Source: an uncultured Candidatus Micrarchaeota archaeon (GTDB lineage: Archaea; Micrarchaeota; Micrarchaeia; Burarchaeales; Fermentimicrarchaeaceae). From it: DNA of 64,000 nt. The DNA lies in contig CAVXDX010000013.1 in assembly GCA_963760615.1 (NCBI GenBank), forward strand, positions 19,826 through 83,825, read 5' to 3'. The position numbers and the translations under genes are program-made. Position 1 is the stretch's first letter. Each line of letters opens with the position of its first letter. The notes under the pieces were generated by a model, which was given only the letters and a program-made list of their open reading frames with translations, made no database searches and had not been told where the DNA came from. Of this stretch, positions 44,546-53,751 are shown in pieces.

Positions 44546-45235
44546 ATGGGTGTAGTCGACGAGGCAACGATAAATTTTGACAGCGCTATTAAGAGTAGTG
44601 TTGAGAAAATAGTTATGGATACTGTAGTATTCCTGCCAAGACTGCTGATAGCAATACTCATCTTTGTAGCTGGATGGGTTATTGCATCAGTCTTCAGCTG
44701 GGTTGTAGACAGAGTGCTCTACCATCTAGGTTTTGAAAAATTTATGAAGAAGAATAAGCTGGAGGATTCTCTCGGCAGTGTGAAGCTGAGCGTACTGCTT
44801 GTGAAATTGAGCAAATACTACATAATGCTGGTATTCCTGCAGGCATCTGTTGCAATGCTTACTCTTGGGACGATAACAGACTTCATAACTTCTGTGCTCT
44901 TCTACGCCCCAATCTTCATAGGCGCATTGCTGATTGTTGCTGCAGCAGCGGTTCTTGGAGAGCTTTTGAAGGAGAAAGTGGTGGAGATACAGCCCAAATC
45001 AAGGACTCTCAAGTGGCTGGCTGACGTGCTAAAAATAGTCGTGGTGTTCATGGGCATCGTTGTTGGGCTGAGCACAATGGGGTTCAACACAGCCATAGTA
45101 ACAAACTCTTTCATAGCAATACTCCAAGGAATCGTATACGGGATAGCCCTTGCTTTCGGTCTGGCATTCGGCCTGGGTGGGCAGGATGATGCCAAGGACA
45201 TAATAAAGAATGTCAGAAAGAAAACAGGCGTGTGA
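44546..45235 (+). CDS. CmpX/mechanosensitive-channel-like TM-helix repeat protein
   Basis: FLPRLLIAILIFVAGWVIA and GIALAFGLAFGLGGQD motifs. Confidence 0.85.
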   Translation: MGVVDEATINFDSAIKSSVEKIVMDTVVFLPRLLIAILIFVAGWVIASVFSWVVDRVLYHLGFEKFMKKNKLEDSLGSVKLSVLLVKLSKYYIMLVFLQASVAMLTLGTITDFITSVLFYAPIFIGALLIVAAAAVLGELLKEKVVEIQPKSRTLKWLADVLKIVVVFMGIVVGLSTMGFNTAIVTNSFIAILQGIVYGIALAFGLAFGLGGQDDAKDIIKNVRKKTGV

Positions 45236-45326
45236 TTTTCCCCAATGCATTTGTCTCGGTTCTTAATGGGAGAGGATTCTAGGTCACGAGATGAACCTAT
45301 GTCACGATAATGAAGGTATATGCGCT

Positions 45327-46256
45327 TCAGGCATCCCCGATGTGCTCAATTTTCTTGCTTTTCAGGTATGTATAAGCAGAATACGCAGCCTTCACCCCAT
45401 CTCCTGCCCCAACTATAATCTGCTTGAATGAGGAGTTGCTCACGTCTCCGGCTGCAAAAACTCCTGTAACATTCGTCTGTGAGCTCTTGTCGGTGATTAT
45501 CTCCCCCTTCTCATTCAGCTTCACCCCTAGTTTTGCAGCGAGCTGGGAGGCTGGAACCCTACCTATGTATACGAAAACCGCATCAACTTTGAGCTCTTTC
45601 TTTCCGTTGTATGCCTTGTCCAGCAGTATGCTCTTCACAAGCTTGTCCCCCTTCATCTCAACAACATTTGTGTTGTTTATCACTTTTATCTTTGGGGTTG
45701 AAAGAACCTTCTCAACATTGTGCTGTTCTGCTCTCATCGTATCGGTTCTGTTTATGATGTAAACAGCACCCGCATAACCAGCAAGGAGAAGAGCCTCCTT
45801 CGCAGCCCCATCGCTCCCCCCGACTACTGCCACAACCTTGTCATGGTAGATAGGTCCGTCGCAAAGCGCGCAGTAGTGCACTCCCTTTCCGTCAAACTCC
45901 TTCTCCCCCTTAACCCCAAGTTTCCTCCACTCCCCTCCAGTTGCGAGTATCAGAGTTCTGCCCTCGTAAACTGCCCCTGCCGTGAAAACTTTGAATCCGT
46001 CTGGAGTCTTTTCGACATTCTCGACTTTCTCCTCCCTGAATTCAACGTTGTATTTAGCTGCATGGGATTTGAACTTCTCAGCTAGGTCAACTCCGGTTGT
46101 GCTCTCGACCCCAGGGTAGTTCTCGACAAGGTTGGCGAAGTTCATCACTCCACCCATCATTTCGCCTATGAGCAGCGTCTTCAGCCCCAGCCTCCCTCCG
46201 TACATCGCAGCCGACAAGCCTGAGACTCCGCCTCCAATGGCAATCAAATCGAACAT
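45327..46256 (-). CDS. trxB: thioredoxin reductase
   Basis: IGGGVSG FAD motif, ATG, HYCALCDG, VGGSDGA, TNVTGVFAAGD. Confidence 0.94.
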   Translation of the reverse strand: MFDLIAIGGGVSGLSAAMYGGRLGLKTLLIGEMMGGVMNFANLVENYPGVESTTGVDLAEKFKSHAAKYNVEFREEKVENVEKTPDGFKVFTAGAVYEGRTLILATGGEWRKLGVKGEKEFDGKGVHYCALCDGPIYHDKVVAVVGGSDGAAKEALLLAGYAGAVYIINRTDTMRAEQHNVEKVLSTPKIKVINNTNVVEMKGDKLVKSILLDKAYNGKKELKVDAVFVYIGRVPASQLAAKLGVKLNEKGEIITDKSSQTNVTGVFAAGDVSNSSFKQIIVGAGDGVKAAYSAYTYLKSKKIEHIGDA

Positions 46257-46312
46257 GTAAGTATAATTGATGATTACTTTATTATTCTTTTCTGCATAAA
46301 AAATGTGATAAT

Positions 46313-46666
46313 ATGTACGTCTGTCCGCAGTGCGGCAAGTTCCATCTTGTAACCCCAGTAGAGTGCGAATGCGGTTATGTATTCAAGAAGGGCTACGTGA
46401 AGTGCAAGGAATGCGGCACTCCCATTGCCCCTGAGAGGGAGTACTGCCCAGGCTGCAAGAAATCAGTCTGGGAGATGTTTGTATTCGTATGCCCCAAGTG
46501 CAAGACAAAAGTGGAGAAAGGGCAGAGAGTCTGCACGAAGTGCGGGGAGCTCCTTGTCCGGGAGAGGGAGCAGGTTAAGATAAAAACAACAACGAAATAT
46601 GTGTGCGCAAGATGCGGCTATGAGCTGCCAACAATGAACACTCCTTGCCCGATATGCAAGAAGTGA
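46313..46666 (+). CDS. multi-zinc-ribbon protein
   Basis: Repeated CxxC pairs across 117 aa. Confidence 0.85.
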   Translation: MYVCPQCGKFHLVTPVECECGYVFKKGYVKCKECGTPIAPEREYCPGCKKSVWEMFVFVCPKCKTKVEKGQRVCTKCGELLVREREQVKIKTTTKYVCARCGYELPTMNTPCPICKK

Positions 46667-46709
46667 CAGCCTTTAATATTCTAGCTGAGTAATTTTTAGA
46701 GGCGTTTTA

Positions 46710-47420
46710 ATGTCTTCATATGCTTTCAAGAAGCCAGAAACTTACCGAGATACAATTTTGGGAGATGTCAAGCTGAGGGATGACGATAAGGGCAGCTGGA
46801 TGAGTGAGCATGTAAAAATCACTGCAGATAAAGGCAGGATTGTTGTCATTTGCAAGGCAGATGAGTCAAATCGTGTTATCCAATTCAGCACCCAAAAAAC
46901 TGTCCTAGGTGAAAATGAGAAATGGAGAGAGAAGCTTGAGCTGTTTCGTACCAAAGACAACAAAGCAAAAGTTGAGGTTGAAGTCAGGGTCAAAGATGAG
47001 GAAAAATTGATGAAGGAGTTCGGGGATAGAATCGGAGAGGGAAAGGGTAGAGTCAAGTACAAGGATGTCCTGATGGAAAGAATGAAGAATGCCCCGGGGA
47101 TATGGACTTTCGAGAAAGCTGGAAGAAGGATAACAATAGAAATGAGCGAAGTCGATAAGGAAATAGCGGTTGTCGAGTCTATCACGACCAAGTCAGGTGA
47201 GAGGACGGATACTAAGATATTCAACATGGATAACGAGCTTCTCACATTTGACTCGGCCACTAGGCACGGTTGGACTGCTAAAATAAATGTGAAAAAGGAG
47301 GAGCAGCAGGTTGGCGAATTCCTCTCCAACCCTCCAGTTAAGCAGTTGAGGGATGCAGCTCTGGAGCAGAGTGAAATCTATAAAATAATTATTCGTGACA
47401 GAACAAAGTTAAGAGAGTAG
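46710..47420 (+). CDS. hypothetical protein
   Basis: 236-aa Lys/Glu-rich ORF. Confidence 0.75.
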   Translation: MSSYAFKKPETYRDTILGDVKLRDDDKGSWMSEHVKITADKGRIVVICKADESNRVIQFSTQKTVLGENEKWREKLELFRTKDNKAKVEVEVRVKDEEKLMKEFGDRIGEGKGRVKYKDVLMERMKNAPGIWTFEKAGRRITIEMSEVDKEIAVVESITTKSGERTDTKIFNMDNELLTFDSATRHGWTAKINVKKEEQQVGEFLSNPPVKQLRDAALEQSEIYKIIIRDRTKLRE

Positions 47421-47510
47421 CCCCAGGAGGGATTTGGACCCCCGGCCTACTGTTTTCGCCTTTGATAAGTTTACGAAACAGTCGCTCTAACCAGGCTGAG
47501 CTACTGGGGC
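47419..47510 (-). tRNA. tRNA-Thr(CGT) with 17-nt intron at canonical 37/38
   Basis: Minus strand GCCCCAG-TA-GCTC-AGCCTGGTTA-GAGC-G-ACTGT-TT-CGT-A-[47471-47455]-A-ACAGT-AGGCC-GGGGG-TCCAAAT-CCCTC-CTGGGGC-T; U73 as in archaeal tRNA-Thr. Confidence 0.9.
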
Positions 47511-47533
47511 TTGCTATATCTTATGTAGCTCAG

Positions 47534-48766
47534 CTATTTTAACTTTCCCTGAAACAGCTTTGCAGACTGCTTCAGAACCTCAATGCCTGGCAGAGGCTCG
47601 CCACTCATGAACGCCAGCACAGCTCCTCCTGCGGTTGATATGTGATCCACCCTTATACCCAAGTCAAAAGCTATGCTGCCCATGTGGCCTCCTCCTATGA
47701 GAGAATAAGCAGGAGAGTTCTCCATGTTTATAAGCGTTCTGACAGTCCCCTTCAGAAATATGGGGTTCTCGTACGCCCCCATTGGTCCTTTGCTTATTAT
47801 TGCCTTGGCGTTTTTCATCACTTCGGTGAACTCGGCGATTGTGCTTTCACCAATGTCAAGCGGGATGTATCTCCCCAGCCTAGAATCGCCAATGGGCGCC
47901 TCCTCCCTTCCTCCGAAAGAAATTGCTATGTCGCTTGGGAGTATTATCTTGTCCCTGAACTTATCATCAAGCTTCTTGGCTCTGTCGATGAGTTTTGTGA
48001 GGTCATCCCCTTTCTCCTCCATGACGCTGAGGCATTCCTTTGGAACAAGCCCCCTGGCGTAGAGGAATGCATGCGCCACTGCACCTCCCACAAGAGCTTT
48101 CTCAATTGTGTTGTTGTTGAGCGTGACCTCCATGACCTTTATAACCTCCTTGAACTTCTTCCCCCCTATGCAATACACGGCAGGCTTCTTGTCAGGCTTG
48201 ACTGCCTCGTACATGGCATCCATCTCCTTGGCAACAACAAGCCCAGCGCAGGATGGAAGAACAATTGGAAAACCAACAACCGATGCCTGTGATCGGTGGG
48301 AAACGGAAAAAGCATCATTTATGAAATAATCGAAATGCGGAGCCAGAGTCCTCACAATGTCGCTCTTGCTGTGCTGCTCCGGAGTTGCATTCTCATTGTC
48401 CTCTTGCTGGAAGCGGGTATTCTCAAGCACGACAACCTCTCCAACATTCACCTCGTCAATAGCCTTCTTGGCCTTGTCGCCAAGCAGGTCGTTTATAAAT
48501 GTCACCTTCTGGTCTATTGTCTCTGCAAGTATCTTGGCATGGTTTGCAAGGGAAACGCAGTCGGAGTTGCCCAGTCTTCCTTGGTGGCTTATGGCGACAA
48601 CCTTTGAATTCTTCAGCCTGTCAAAGGTTTTCTTGTACACCTTTATCCTCATGAACTCCAGTATCTCTCCATTCTCTCCAAGGGGTGAGTTGAAGTCGCA
48701 CCTCACTAGAACCTTCTTTCCTGAGAAATCGAAATCGTCCATTACGCAAAACCCTGTCTCGTTCAT
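47534..48766 (-). CDS. pgk: phosphoglycerate kinase
   Basis: VRCDFNSP, SHQGR, LENTRF, INDAFSVSHR, STAGGA. Confidence 0.97.
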   Translation of the reverse strand: MNETGFCVMDDFDFSGKKVLVRCDFNSPLGENGEILEFMRIKVYKKTFDRLKNSKVVAISHQGRLGNSDCVSLANHAKILAETIDQKVTFINDLLGDKAKKAIDEVNVGEVVVLENTRFQQEDNENATPEQHSKSDIVRTLAPHFDYFINDAFSVSHRSQASVVGFPIVLPSCAGLVVAKEMDAMYEAVKPDKKPAVYCIGGKKFKEVIKVMEVTLNNNTIEKALVGGAVAHAFLYARGLVPKECLSVMEEKGDDLTKLIDRAKKLDDKFRDKIILPSDIAISFGGREEAPIGDSRLGRYIPLDIGESTIAEFTEVMKNAKAIISKGPMGAYENPIFLKGTVRTLINMENSPAYSLIGGGHMGSIAFDLGIRVDHISTAGGAVLAFMSGEPLPGIEVLKQSAKLFQGKLK

Positions 48767-48778
48767 GAAAACTCACCT

Positions 48779-49789
48779 CTATTTTATCCCAAACGACTTA
48801 TTCGTCTTCTCAATTGAAGTCTTGGCGTCGCAGAGGTTGAACATTGCTCTGATGGCATCAACATTCTCGGGGACAACATTTGCCTCGTTGTGCACTGCCT
48901 GTATGTAAGCAAGCTCATTTCCATCTACGTATATGGAGTCCTCCCACACTATTATCTCCTGCATGTCATATCTGTACCTTCCCAAATCTCTGGCGTAGTC
49001 TATGAGTTGAGCTGTGGATTCAAACCCGTCTGCTGCATTGAACAGAGCAATTCTCGTTGTGTTTGCAAACACATTCTTGACGTCCTGCGCCGTTGCCGCT
49101 TTCTTCAGCTTCGCAAAAACAACATGCACATGCATAAGTGTTGTTGGAACTTTGAGGGCAACAGTCTCTATTGGGATGGGAAGCACCGTCTGGACGTCAG
49201 GCCCTTGGTGCGAGGGTATCTTCGTTTCTGGCACAATTGCATTGATAGGACCTGTCTTTATGTCGTTGGGGTCTGCCGCCCTCCTTATGAGCACAACCTT
49301 GGAGCTCTCAATTCCAAATGCATTATTTATGGCACCCATAGTCCTACAGAGGCCTGTGGTGTTGCAGGAGACGACCCTAACGTAATTCTTATTCACAGCC
49401 TTTTCGTAGTTGCATTGCGCAACGAATGAGACATCCGCAACAGTCTCCTTCTCGCCCCCCTCGAATATCGCCTTGAGCTTCCTTGGGAGGTAGATATTCT
49501 TCTTGTTGTCCGCACCCATCTTCGCGGGAGTGCAGTCAACAACAACATCGCAGTTCGAGAAAAGGTTGTCATAGAGCCCCTCGCATTGCACATTGGCTTT
49601 CTTGAACAGATCCAAGCTGGCATTGTCAGGGACGTATATCTTATAGCCTTTCTTTATTGCCAGCTTAGCCTCATAGTTTGGCGTTGTTTTCACAACACCC
49701 ATAAGCTGCATGTCATCCTGCTTAGCAACAGCATCCGCCACTCTCTTCCCGATAACCCCGTAACCGTTCAGAGCAACTCTCACTACCAT
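48779..49789 (-). CDS. gap: glyceraldehyde-3-phosphate dehydrogenase (archaeal type II)
   Basis: NGYGVIGKRVADA, VSCNTTGL, RRAADP, SHQGPDV, VPENVDAIRAM; start at 49789. Confidence 0.97.
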   Translation of the reverse strand: MVVRVALNGYGVIGKRVADAVAKQDDMQLMGVVKTTPNYEAKLAIKKGYKIYVPDNASLDLFKKANVQCEGLYDNLFSNCDVVVDCTPAKMGADNKKNIYLPRKLKAIFEGGEKETVADVSFVAQCNYEKAVNKNYVRVVSCNTTGLCRTMGAINNAFGIESSKVVLIRRAADPNDIKTGPINAIVPETKIPSHQGPDVQTVLPIPIETVALKVPTTLMHVHVVFAKLKKAATAQDVKNVFANTTRIALFNAADGFESTAQLIDYARDLGRYRYDMQEIIVWEDSIYVDGNELAYIQAVHNEANVVPENVDAIRAMFNLCDAKTSIEKTNKSFGIK

Positions 49790-49902
49790 ACACCCCACCC
49801 CCTTTAAATTAATTATTGCTAGATACATTTTTAAATATACTCACTGAACAATTTTAAGGAGATAATTCTTGCGAAGGTATTAAAAATATCTGGGGTGAGT
49901 TA

Positions 49903-50124
49903 ATGGGAAAGTCGGAGGATTTGGAGATGACGAGGCAGTCGATGATTGAGGAGCTCGAAGTGATAAACAGGTACCAGCCAAGGATGGGGCTGGTAGCAGA
50001 CCCTGAGCTGAAGAAAGTTCTGCAGCACAACATGGATGCGGGGAAGAAGCATATGGCTATTCTCATGGAGTGGCTGAGGAAGAACGACCCGGCCCAGGAT
50101 GCGGCTTTCGGGAAGCATGACTGA
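49903..50124 (+). CDS. encapsulin-associated-type ferritin-like protein (degenerate)
   Basis: SMIEELEVINRYQ...HNMD..K.H..ILMEWLRKND matches the short EncFtn pattern. Confidence 0.8.
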   Translation: MGKSEDLEMTRQSMIEELEVINRYQPRMGLVADPELKKVLQHNMDAGKKHMAILMEWLRKNDPAQDAAFGKHD

Positions 50125-50184
50125 AATGCGCCAGAATAAGAACACGTCAACACGCAAGATCTAAAATTAGAGGAGGTTGGTTTT

Positions 50185-50436
50185 ATGGCAATATATTTTG
50201 AAATTGGGGCGGTTCTAGTTGCATTATTCTTAGTCTACTTGCTTTTAAGATTCCTCTTCAAGCCGATGCACATTATCGCCAACTCGATTTTAGGCATAGT
50301 GATCTTCTTTCTAATGAACATGTTTTTCGGCGTAGGCATCCCAATAACGATCTTGTCTGTAGGAATAGTAGCAGTAGGAGGAATATTAGGGGTAATACTT
50401 GTCGTTTTGCTCCACGTAACAGGCTTGGGCTTCTAA
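50185..50436 (+). CDS. BofA-like small 3-TM membrane protein
   Basis: IANSILGIVIFFLMN...GIPITILSVGIVAVGGILG. Confidence 0.8.
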   Translation: MAIYFEIGAVLVALFLVYLLLRFLFKPMHIIANSILGIVIFFLMNMFFGVGIPITILSVGIVAVGGILGVILVVLLHVTGLGF

Positions 50437-50487
50437 GCCCCAACCTAAACGCGCCGAGTGCTTCAAGAAACTGTGAGGTGTACACAT

Positions 50488-50550
50488 ATGGCAAAAAGAA
50501 GCAGGTGCGGAGGAATGACTGCAGCTAAAAGACGTGCAAAAAGTTTATAA
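50488..50550 (+). CDS. putative 20-aa basic micropeptide (MAKRSRCGGMTAAKRRAKSL)
   Basis: GAGGTG SD 7 nt before ATG; open to TAA at 50550. Confidence 0.45.
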   Translation: MAKRSRCGGMTAAKRRAKSL

Positions 50551-50571
50551 ATCGGTTTTGGGTATTATTAA

Positions 50572-51141
50572 GTGATATTCTTGCCATACGATCTTAAGGA
50601 AAATGCAACTTCAAATATCCTGAGGCTTAGCAGGTGGAAGATAATCAAGAAGAGCCTGGCGGCGAATGTCGTAATTTTGATACTTCTTATCTTGCTGTGG
50701 GCAGCTTACCCCCTGTCGCCAGCAACCTACTCTCAGGCTATATCTCCATTTTTAACAACCGACACAACGATTGTAATGCTTATGCTCTCCGCTCTGGTCC
50801 TGATTGTCTTGGGCATTAATCTACTGTATCAATATCTGTACTTCAAAACGTATTACTACAACCTAAAATCGGATATAATCGTAATAAGAAAAGGGGTTTT
50901 CAGACCGAACGAGATAGCCATCCCATACAACAGGATTCAGGATGTTTTTGTGGACCGTGACTTGTTTGACTTGATTTTTGGTCTGTACGATGTGCACATA
51001 TCCAGCGCAACCGTAATATCCGGACTTGAGGCTCACATTGACGGAGTTGCAAACGCAAACGCGCTCAAAATCAAGGATATGATTCTGGATAATATGAAGG
51101 CAGTTTCCCCGCGCGTTTCCGAGGATACTACTCCACTTTGA
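50572..51141 (+). CDS. membrane protein with bacterial PH (bPH_2/DUF304-like) domain
   Basis: Two TMs then IRKGVF...IPYNRIQDV...DLIFGL. Confidence 0.85.
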   Translation: MIFLPYDLKENATSNILRLSRWKIIKKSLAANVVILILLILLWAAYPLSPATYSQAISPFLTTDTTIVMLMLSALVLIVLGINLLYQYLYFKTYYYNLKSDIIVIRKGVFRPNEIAIPYNRIQDVFVDRDLFDLIFGLYDVHISSATVISGLEAHIDGVANANALKIKDMILDNMKAVSPRVSEDTTPL

Positions 51142-51160
51142 TTCAGCAGAGGTGTAAAAC

Positions 51161-51478
51161 ATGGAAAGCAGAGTGTATGAGTGCGATTCACAGCAGATTG
51201 GGAATCTAAAAACGTTATTGGAAAGCGACCCCTACGGGGAGAAAAGCTTCGCAAGACAGGGCTACAAGCTCAAGGAGGGCAAGGTCATAGGAGGCGAGCA
51301 GAGCAAGTACTACCTTTACATAAAGGCTGATGCTGATTTCTATAGGACTGCGGAGGAGAAGCTCAAGAGCATAAGCAGTTTGAAGAGGAGTGAAAAGAAG
51401 ATTGAGGAGAACATAGTGAAAAAAATTGAGGAGGAGGAAGGGTCGGCAGAGCAGGGATTCGGGGCGATTTTTGGCTGA
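51161..51478 (+). CDS. conserved-looking small hypothetical protein
   Basis: GAGGTG SD; ends AEQGFGAIFG. Confidence 0.8.
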   Translation: MESRVYECDSQQIGNLKTLLESDPYGEKSFARQGYKLKEGKVIGGEQSKYYLYIKADADFYRTAEEKLKSISSLKRSEKKIEENIVKKIEEEEGSAEQGFGAIFG

Positions 51479-51518
51479 AGTCCGCATAAATTTAAATACC
51501 GCCATTCCAACTAAACTC

Positions 51519-53678
51519 ATGGCGAATAAAACTCACATTATGCTCGTGATTCTATTACTAATCCTGCTCCCAAGTGGGATGACTCCGAGGCTAGTTGAAA
51601 AGTCGAGCCTGAATGTTGTCCAGCAGGGCTATGTGCGGGCTGTGGGTGGTGAGCTCACCTACCTCAACATGAATCTGTCAGTCCCGTCAAACACAGATTA
51701 CCAGATTTCTGTTACAGACATGCCGGTCACCAAGATAGATGCGGTAAACTCCATTGTAAACATTGTGAGCAGAACCCCCAGCAATCCCTTCAACTATAAG
51801 GTAACTTCATCAGTTTCCCTGAATGCGCGGCACACAAAACAACTCCCCGGAACATACCAGATTGACTACAGTCAGATGCTTTACACCCGCCCCACTGCAA
51901 GAATCCAGAGCAATGACGCCGAAATAAGCGGGCTGGCCCGTAGCATAACGGCAAACTCGTCAGATGATTTTGAAAGAATCACAAAGCTTGCTCTCTGGGT
52001 TAACAAACAGATTACCTATGACGCGAGCATGGCGGGTGCGCTTAAAGATGCAAAATGGATTCTCCAAAACAGGAGAGGTGTTTGCAGTGAGTACTCGACT
52101 CTGTTCGTGGCTCTCGCCCGCTCCATTGGCATACCTGCAAGAATTGTGGATGGGATGGCCTATGACGATACAAAAGGTGAATGGGCCGGGCACGCTTGGG
52201 CTGAGGTATACGTAGGCGCATGGGTGCCAGTTGACCCCACATGGAGCCCCCCCGAGGTTGGCTATCTCGACGCCATGCACCTAGAGATTTCAAAAGTGTT
52301 TGACAATGAAACCTTTGACAATGTCTTCGCCTATTCGAGCCAGAATGCCCGTCTGGACTGGTCAAAGCCAAACCCGCAGAATGCAGCCGACATCAAGATA
52401 GTCTCATTCAAGGAGAATGAAAGGAATCAGAACTATAAACTGGAAGGGCCTGCCAGCACCATTGGATTTGGTGTTAAGACGATGGTTTTTGCAGTGATAT
52501 CTTCTGATGAATACCGGCTGGTCACCCTTAACCTGAGTCCCTGCACAGGCAATATAATAAATGTTGAAGACGAAGAGAGGGATGTAGTTTTTGAACCCCA
52601 TCAGACTAAGGTGGTCAGCTGGGTGATCTATCCCACCTCCGGCCTTTCGAGCAGCTATGAGTACACCTGCCCACTCATAATAAATTCGGAGTATTTCAGC
52701 GCAAAGAGATTTGACATTAAGGTAGCTCCTGACGCAGGCACACTCAGTTTCAATGGTTTTGCTGAAAAAGGCGTGCTGCAGCCCGGGGAGAACCAGACAA
52801 TATATGTTGATATGGGAGTTACCAAAACCTATTCAGGAAATCTTTACCTGACAACAGACGACTCCTCCTACTCCCAGCCGATAAGTAGGAGCGGAAGGTA
52901 CTCATTCAGCCTGCAGCCCAAGAGGGTTGGCCTGAATACGGTATACCTCGCAACAAGCTTCGGAGGAGTTAAAGAGCTGCAATTCCAGGTGACTCCGTCA
53001 GGTGGCATAGGCGTTGATGTGAATGCACCCCAGATAGTGGCATTGGATTCTGATAATAAAATATACGTAAACCTCACAAGCAATAAGACCGGCAACATCC
53101 GCATAACAGTAAGCGCTGGAGCATATAAGGAGGCAAGGCAGATTAGCCTGAGTGGCAACCAAACCGTTGAGTTCTCCCTCAACTTTAACGATTCCAGCGT
53201 GCAGAATGTAACAGTTACTGTGGAGTCAGATGGATTCACAAAGGAGGTTGTCGAACCGATTACGGTATATGCAACTCCAACTATAACTTTCACAAAGAAA
53301 CTATCTGATGTGGGGAACGGTTCAGTGAGGACAGACCTGGTTTTTTCAGGAATTCAGGATGCCAAGGATATAGTCCTAACCATTGACTCCGAGCATGTAT
53401 TACTGACAGATGGAACCGCTTCACTGGTGCTCTCTCCAGGAATGCATAAGCTGAGATTGGACTACAGCGATATGGGGGGCACAAAAAGCTCCTACACGGC
53501 GGACCTCGAGATTCCGGCAGGCCAGTATCTTGCAATGAATGAATCGACACTGGGAAGTTACATCCCTGGAGGAACCACAATTCTGCCAGTGGTGCTGTAT
53601 TTCGGCGCAGTCTTCATCCTAGTTGTTGCTGTGCTTATACTTAGAAAAACCGAAAGAATTGAGAAGAAATCTCAATAA
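51519..53678 (+). CDS. secreted transglutaminase-like (Cys-His-Asp) protein with C-terminal TM
   Basis: GVCSEYS, GHAWAEV, VPVDPTW; signal peptide and C-terminal hydrophobic anchor; start MANK at 51519. Confidence 0.88.
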   Translation: MANKTHIMLVILLLILLPSGMTPRLVEKSSLNVVQQGYVRAVGGELTYLNMNLSVPSNTDYQISVTDMPVTKIDAVNSIVNIVSRTPSNPFNYKVTSSVSLNARHTKQLPGTYQIDYSQMLYTRPTARIQSNDAEISGLARSITANSSDDFERITKLALWVNKQITYDASMAGALKDAKWILQNRRGVCSEYSTLFVALARSIGIPARIVDGMAYDDTKGEWAGHAWAEVYVGAWVPVDPTWSPPEVGYLDAMHLEISKVFDNETFDNVFAYSSQNARLDWSKPNPQNAADIKIVSFKENERNQNYKLEGPASTIGFGVKTMVFAVISSDEYRLVTLNLSPCTGNIINVEDEERDVVFEPHQTKVVSWVIYPTSGLSSSYEYTCPLIINSEYFSAKRFDIKVAPDAGTLSFNGFAEKGVLQPGENQTIYVDMGVTKTYSGNLYLTTDDSSYSQPISRSGRYSFSLQPKRVGLNTVYLATSFGGVKELQFQVTPSGGIGVDVNAPQIVALDSDNKIYVNLTSNKTGNIRITVSAGAYKEARQISLSGNQTVEFSLNFNDSSVQNVTVTVESDGFTKEVVEPITVYATPTITFTKKLSDVGNGSVRTDLVFSGIQDAKDIVLTIDSEHVLLTDGTASLVLSPGMHKLRLDYSDMGGTKSSYTADLEIPAGQYLAMNESTLGSYIPGGTTILPVVLYFGAVFILVVAVLILRKTERIEKKSQ

Positions 53679-53751
53679 CGGTAGTAGTCGAATCATCGCA
53701 AATGCGGCAGTATTTAAAATTTGATGTTCAATTATTTATCTGGTGTTGCGA

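Noticed and set aside
45280-45320. Direct repeat GTCACGA...TGAA twice between convergent genes
   Set aside because: Only two short imperfect copies; no structure or context supports a function.
47419-47510. Alternative reading as tRNA-Arg(TCG) through a shifted splice register
   Set aside because: It would break the 5-bp anticodon stem and position 26; the acceptor stem and U73 fit Thr.
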